Source: an uncultured Bacteroidales bacterium | GTDB lineage: Bacteria > Bacteroidota > Bacteroidia > Bacteroidales > UBA3824 | Length of the DNA: 64,000 nt | Direction of reading: 5' to 3' | Assembly: GCA_905234655.1 (NCBI GenBank) | Contig: CAJOJG010000006.1 | Location: 4,709 to 68,708 of the forward strand | In this document: piece after piece, positions 62,235-64,000 of the stretch | Numbering within the stretch: position 1 is the first letter of the stretch | How the letters are laid out: each line of letters begins with the position of its first letter | Translations under genes and position numbers: made by a program | The notes under the pieces: generated by a model | The model's input: only the letters and a program-made list of their open reading frames with translations | What the model was told of the DNA's origin: nothing | Database searches by the model: none

Positions 62235-64000
62235 ATGAAAAGTTTAAAATTTCTGACGTTTGCATTGGCGGTGTTGATGTTTGTCGCCTGCAACAAGGAC
62301 AAGGACGACGACAATCCGTCGCCCGAACCCGAAGTAATTTCGGGCAACATTCTTCTCAAGAACGAGGCGGACACGCTTTGGGAACTCAAGTATTCGTCTA
62401 GCTTCAAGAACATCCGTTTCTCATGTTCTGATGCGTGGCAGATTGTCATCGACGACGACGCAACGTCTTGGATCAAGGCTGACGCCACTTCCGGCGAGGC
62501 TTCGGCAGAGATGTTGAGGGTGAGGTTCGATTTCTCTGCCAACGACAAGCAAGAGAACCGCACGGGACATTTCAAGGTTCAGAGCGGCAACAATGCTGTT
62601 TCGTTCCGCGTTGTTCAGGACGCTGCGCCGCGCTCGCTCACTCTCGACGAGGTGAAGGCGATGGGCATCGACGTTGCAAAGGCCTATACGCCCAATACCG
62701 GCGCGATTGAGAAACTTCTCGACACCGGCAACGAGTTTTCGTTCTCGCGCAGCCGCGTTTCGCCGAAAGGCAACATCATCATCTTCTGGGACAAGGCTTA
62801 CGGCGACTATGAGCCTAATGCTGAGGAAGTTGACAAGGGAATCCGTGTTGATGTCAATGATTTTTTGGCAAAGGCGGACAACTATTTCGAGTACTACGTC
62901 AACGACCTTAAAATGGTAGAGTACGAAAAATCTATGCTCAAAGACTACTACATGGCGATATTCCTCTATGGCACAACGAGTTGGCGTGCCGAGGGCGGCG
63001 GTGCCAACAAGATGGGCTCGGCATGGTTCAGCGCGACGACGTGCCAGCCGACGGGCAGCACAATCGCCCACGAACTCGGACACTCGTTCCAATTCCAAGC
63101 CTCTGCCGACGGTGCTGAAATCAGCGGCGGCGCGCATTGGGAAGATTTTGCAAACTGGATGAGTTATTCCCAATACGCCGAACAAGCCTTCAATTCGGGC
63201 AATTTCACCGTCTTTTCAAATTATTATCAAAACCATTTCCATTCAACGAGCCACATGTACGCAAGTTACTGGTTTCAGTACGAATGGACCGACAAGTACG
63301 GCAAAGAGGCATTTGGCAAGGTTTGGCGTGGCACCAAGGCAAACGAGGAACTCGCGCAGGGCTACATGCGGCTGTATTGCAACAACGACATCAACATCTT
63401 CAACCTCGACCTTTACGAATACGCCGCAAAATGCGCAACGTGGGATTTCACCACCGAGGTAATCACCTACAATGAAAACGAGCCGACAGTCAAGAGCCGT
63501 GGCATGGTCAAGGATTACGGCAAGGACTACATCGGCAAACTTGGCTGGAAATCAACAACTACCGCCGACGGTTACTACGCCGTGAGCGACGAGATGGCAC
63601 CCGAGGCTACTGGCTTTAATGTCATCCGCCTCAACCTTCCCGAATCCGACAATGACATCAAGGTAAAATTTGTCGGTACGCCAAAGTCAAACGCCTCTGA
63701 TGCGGGCTGGACGAGCGGTTTTGTTGCGCTTTTGAGCGACGGCACGCGCCTGTATTCCGACCCGGTTTTGGTAGGTTCGGAACTCGAAGGCGAGATTTCG
63801 TGGACAGTGCCCGCCAACACCGAAAAACTCTGGTACATCGTATCTTGCACACCGTCCAAGTACTATTCGAGCGGTGCCGGTGTTACTTGGCCGTTCAAAA
63901 TCCAAATCGAGAATACCGACATCTACGGCACTATAAAATTCGACGGCACCGAAACCCCGCAAAGCACCGAGATTGTCAAGGCCGTAGAATGTTCAGCCAA
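62235..64000 (+). CDS. BACON-like domain + HExxH (gluzincin-like) lipoprotein, paralog 3; 3' end beyond the window
   Basis: Absent from the ORF track because there is no stop in the window. Hand translation from ATG 62235 reads MKSLKFLTFALAVLMFVACNKDKDDDNP..., open to 64000. The BACON-like module is FSCSDAWQIVIDDDATSWIKADATSGEASAEMLRVRFDFSANDKQENRTGHFKVQSGNNAVSFRVVQDA. HELGH lies at 63069-63083 in TIAHELGHSFQFQ. HWEDFANW and YWFQYEWTDKYG...YMRLYCNND match paralog 1. Confidence 0.75.
   Translation, partial: MKSLKFLTFALAVLMFVACNKDKDDDNPSPEPEVISGNILLKNEADTLWELKYSSSFKNIRFSCSDAWQIVIDDDATSWIKADATSGEASAEMLRVRFDFSANDKQENRTGHFKVQSGNNAVSFRVVQDAAPRSLTLDEVKAMGIDVAKAYTPNTGAIEKLLDTGNEFSFSRSRVSPKGNIIIFWDKAYGDYEPNAEEVDKGIRVDVNDFLAKADNYFEYYVNDLKMVEYEKSMLKDYYMAIFLYGTTSWRAEGGGANKMGSAWFSATTCQPTGSTIAHELGHSFQFQASADGAEISGGAHWEDFANWMSYSQYAEQAFNSGNFTVFSNYYQNHFHSTSHMYASYWFQYEWTDKYGKEAFGKVWRGTKANEELAQGYMRLYCNNDINIFNLDLYEYAAKCATWDFTTEVITYNENEPTVKSRGMVKDYGKDYIGKLGWKSTTTADGYYAVSDEMAPEATGFNVIRLNLPESDNDIKVKFVGTPKSNASDAGWTSGFVALLSDGTRLYSDPVLVGSELEGEISWTVPANTEKLWYIVSCTPSKYYSSGAGVTWPFKIQIENTDIYGTIKFDGTETPQSTEIVKAVECSA

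Overview
This is a Bacteroidales-type (Bacteroidota) chromosomal segment made up almost entirely of outer-membrane nutrient-acquisition loci. All family assignments come from motifs I read in the translations; no database search was run.

Layout:
- 1-4.5 kb (minus strand): an operon of lipoprotein, TonB-dependent receptor and lipoprotein.
- 5.8-23.2 kb: a xus-type xylan PUL. It has tandem SusC/SusD pairs, a DUF1735-like lipoprotein, a GH10-derived protein with three inserted CBMs in which both catalytic Glu are substituted, an intact GH10, a GH5 and a SASA/CE6-type esterase.
- 23.2-26.5 kb: a polytopic membrane protein plus a beta-propeller lipoprotein carrying a CxxCH motif.
- 26.8-35.7 kb: a second xylan PUL (SusC, SusD, IPT/TIG surface protein, GH10 with a tandem CBM insert).
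- 35.9-37.4 kb: guaB.
- 37.4-40.2 kb (minus strand): an HTCS-like periplasmic sensor fused directly to an AraC HTH, with no kinase or receiver domains. It is divergent from a GH127 gene.
- 43.2 kb to the right edge: an atypical PUL. SusC/SusD is followed by three paralogous HE[LV]GHSFQ zincin-like lipoproteins, an M43 metzincin, a C10 protease relic, a CotH-fold lipoprotein and a GH97 fused to a second zincin domain.

Most interesting observations:
1. The zincin-rich PUL next to GH127 is a candidate glycoprotein-utilisation system.
2. A dispersed family of about 107-180 bp inverted-repeat (MITE/REP-like) elements always sits with the same end just upstream of a start codon.
3. The GH10 in the xylan PUL appears catalytically dead.
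4. An AT-rich mosaic island lies inside the third PUL.

Two edge-truncated genes (1-428 minus strand, 62235-64000 plus strand) are missing from the ORF track and were read by hand.
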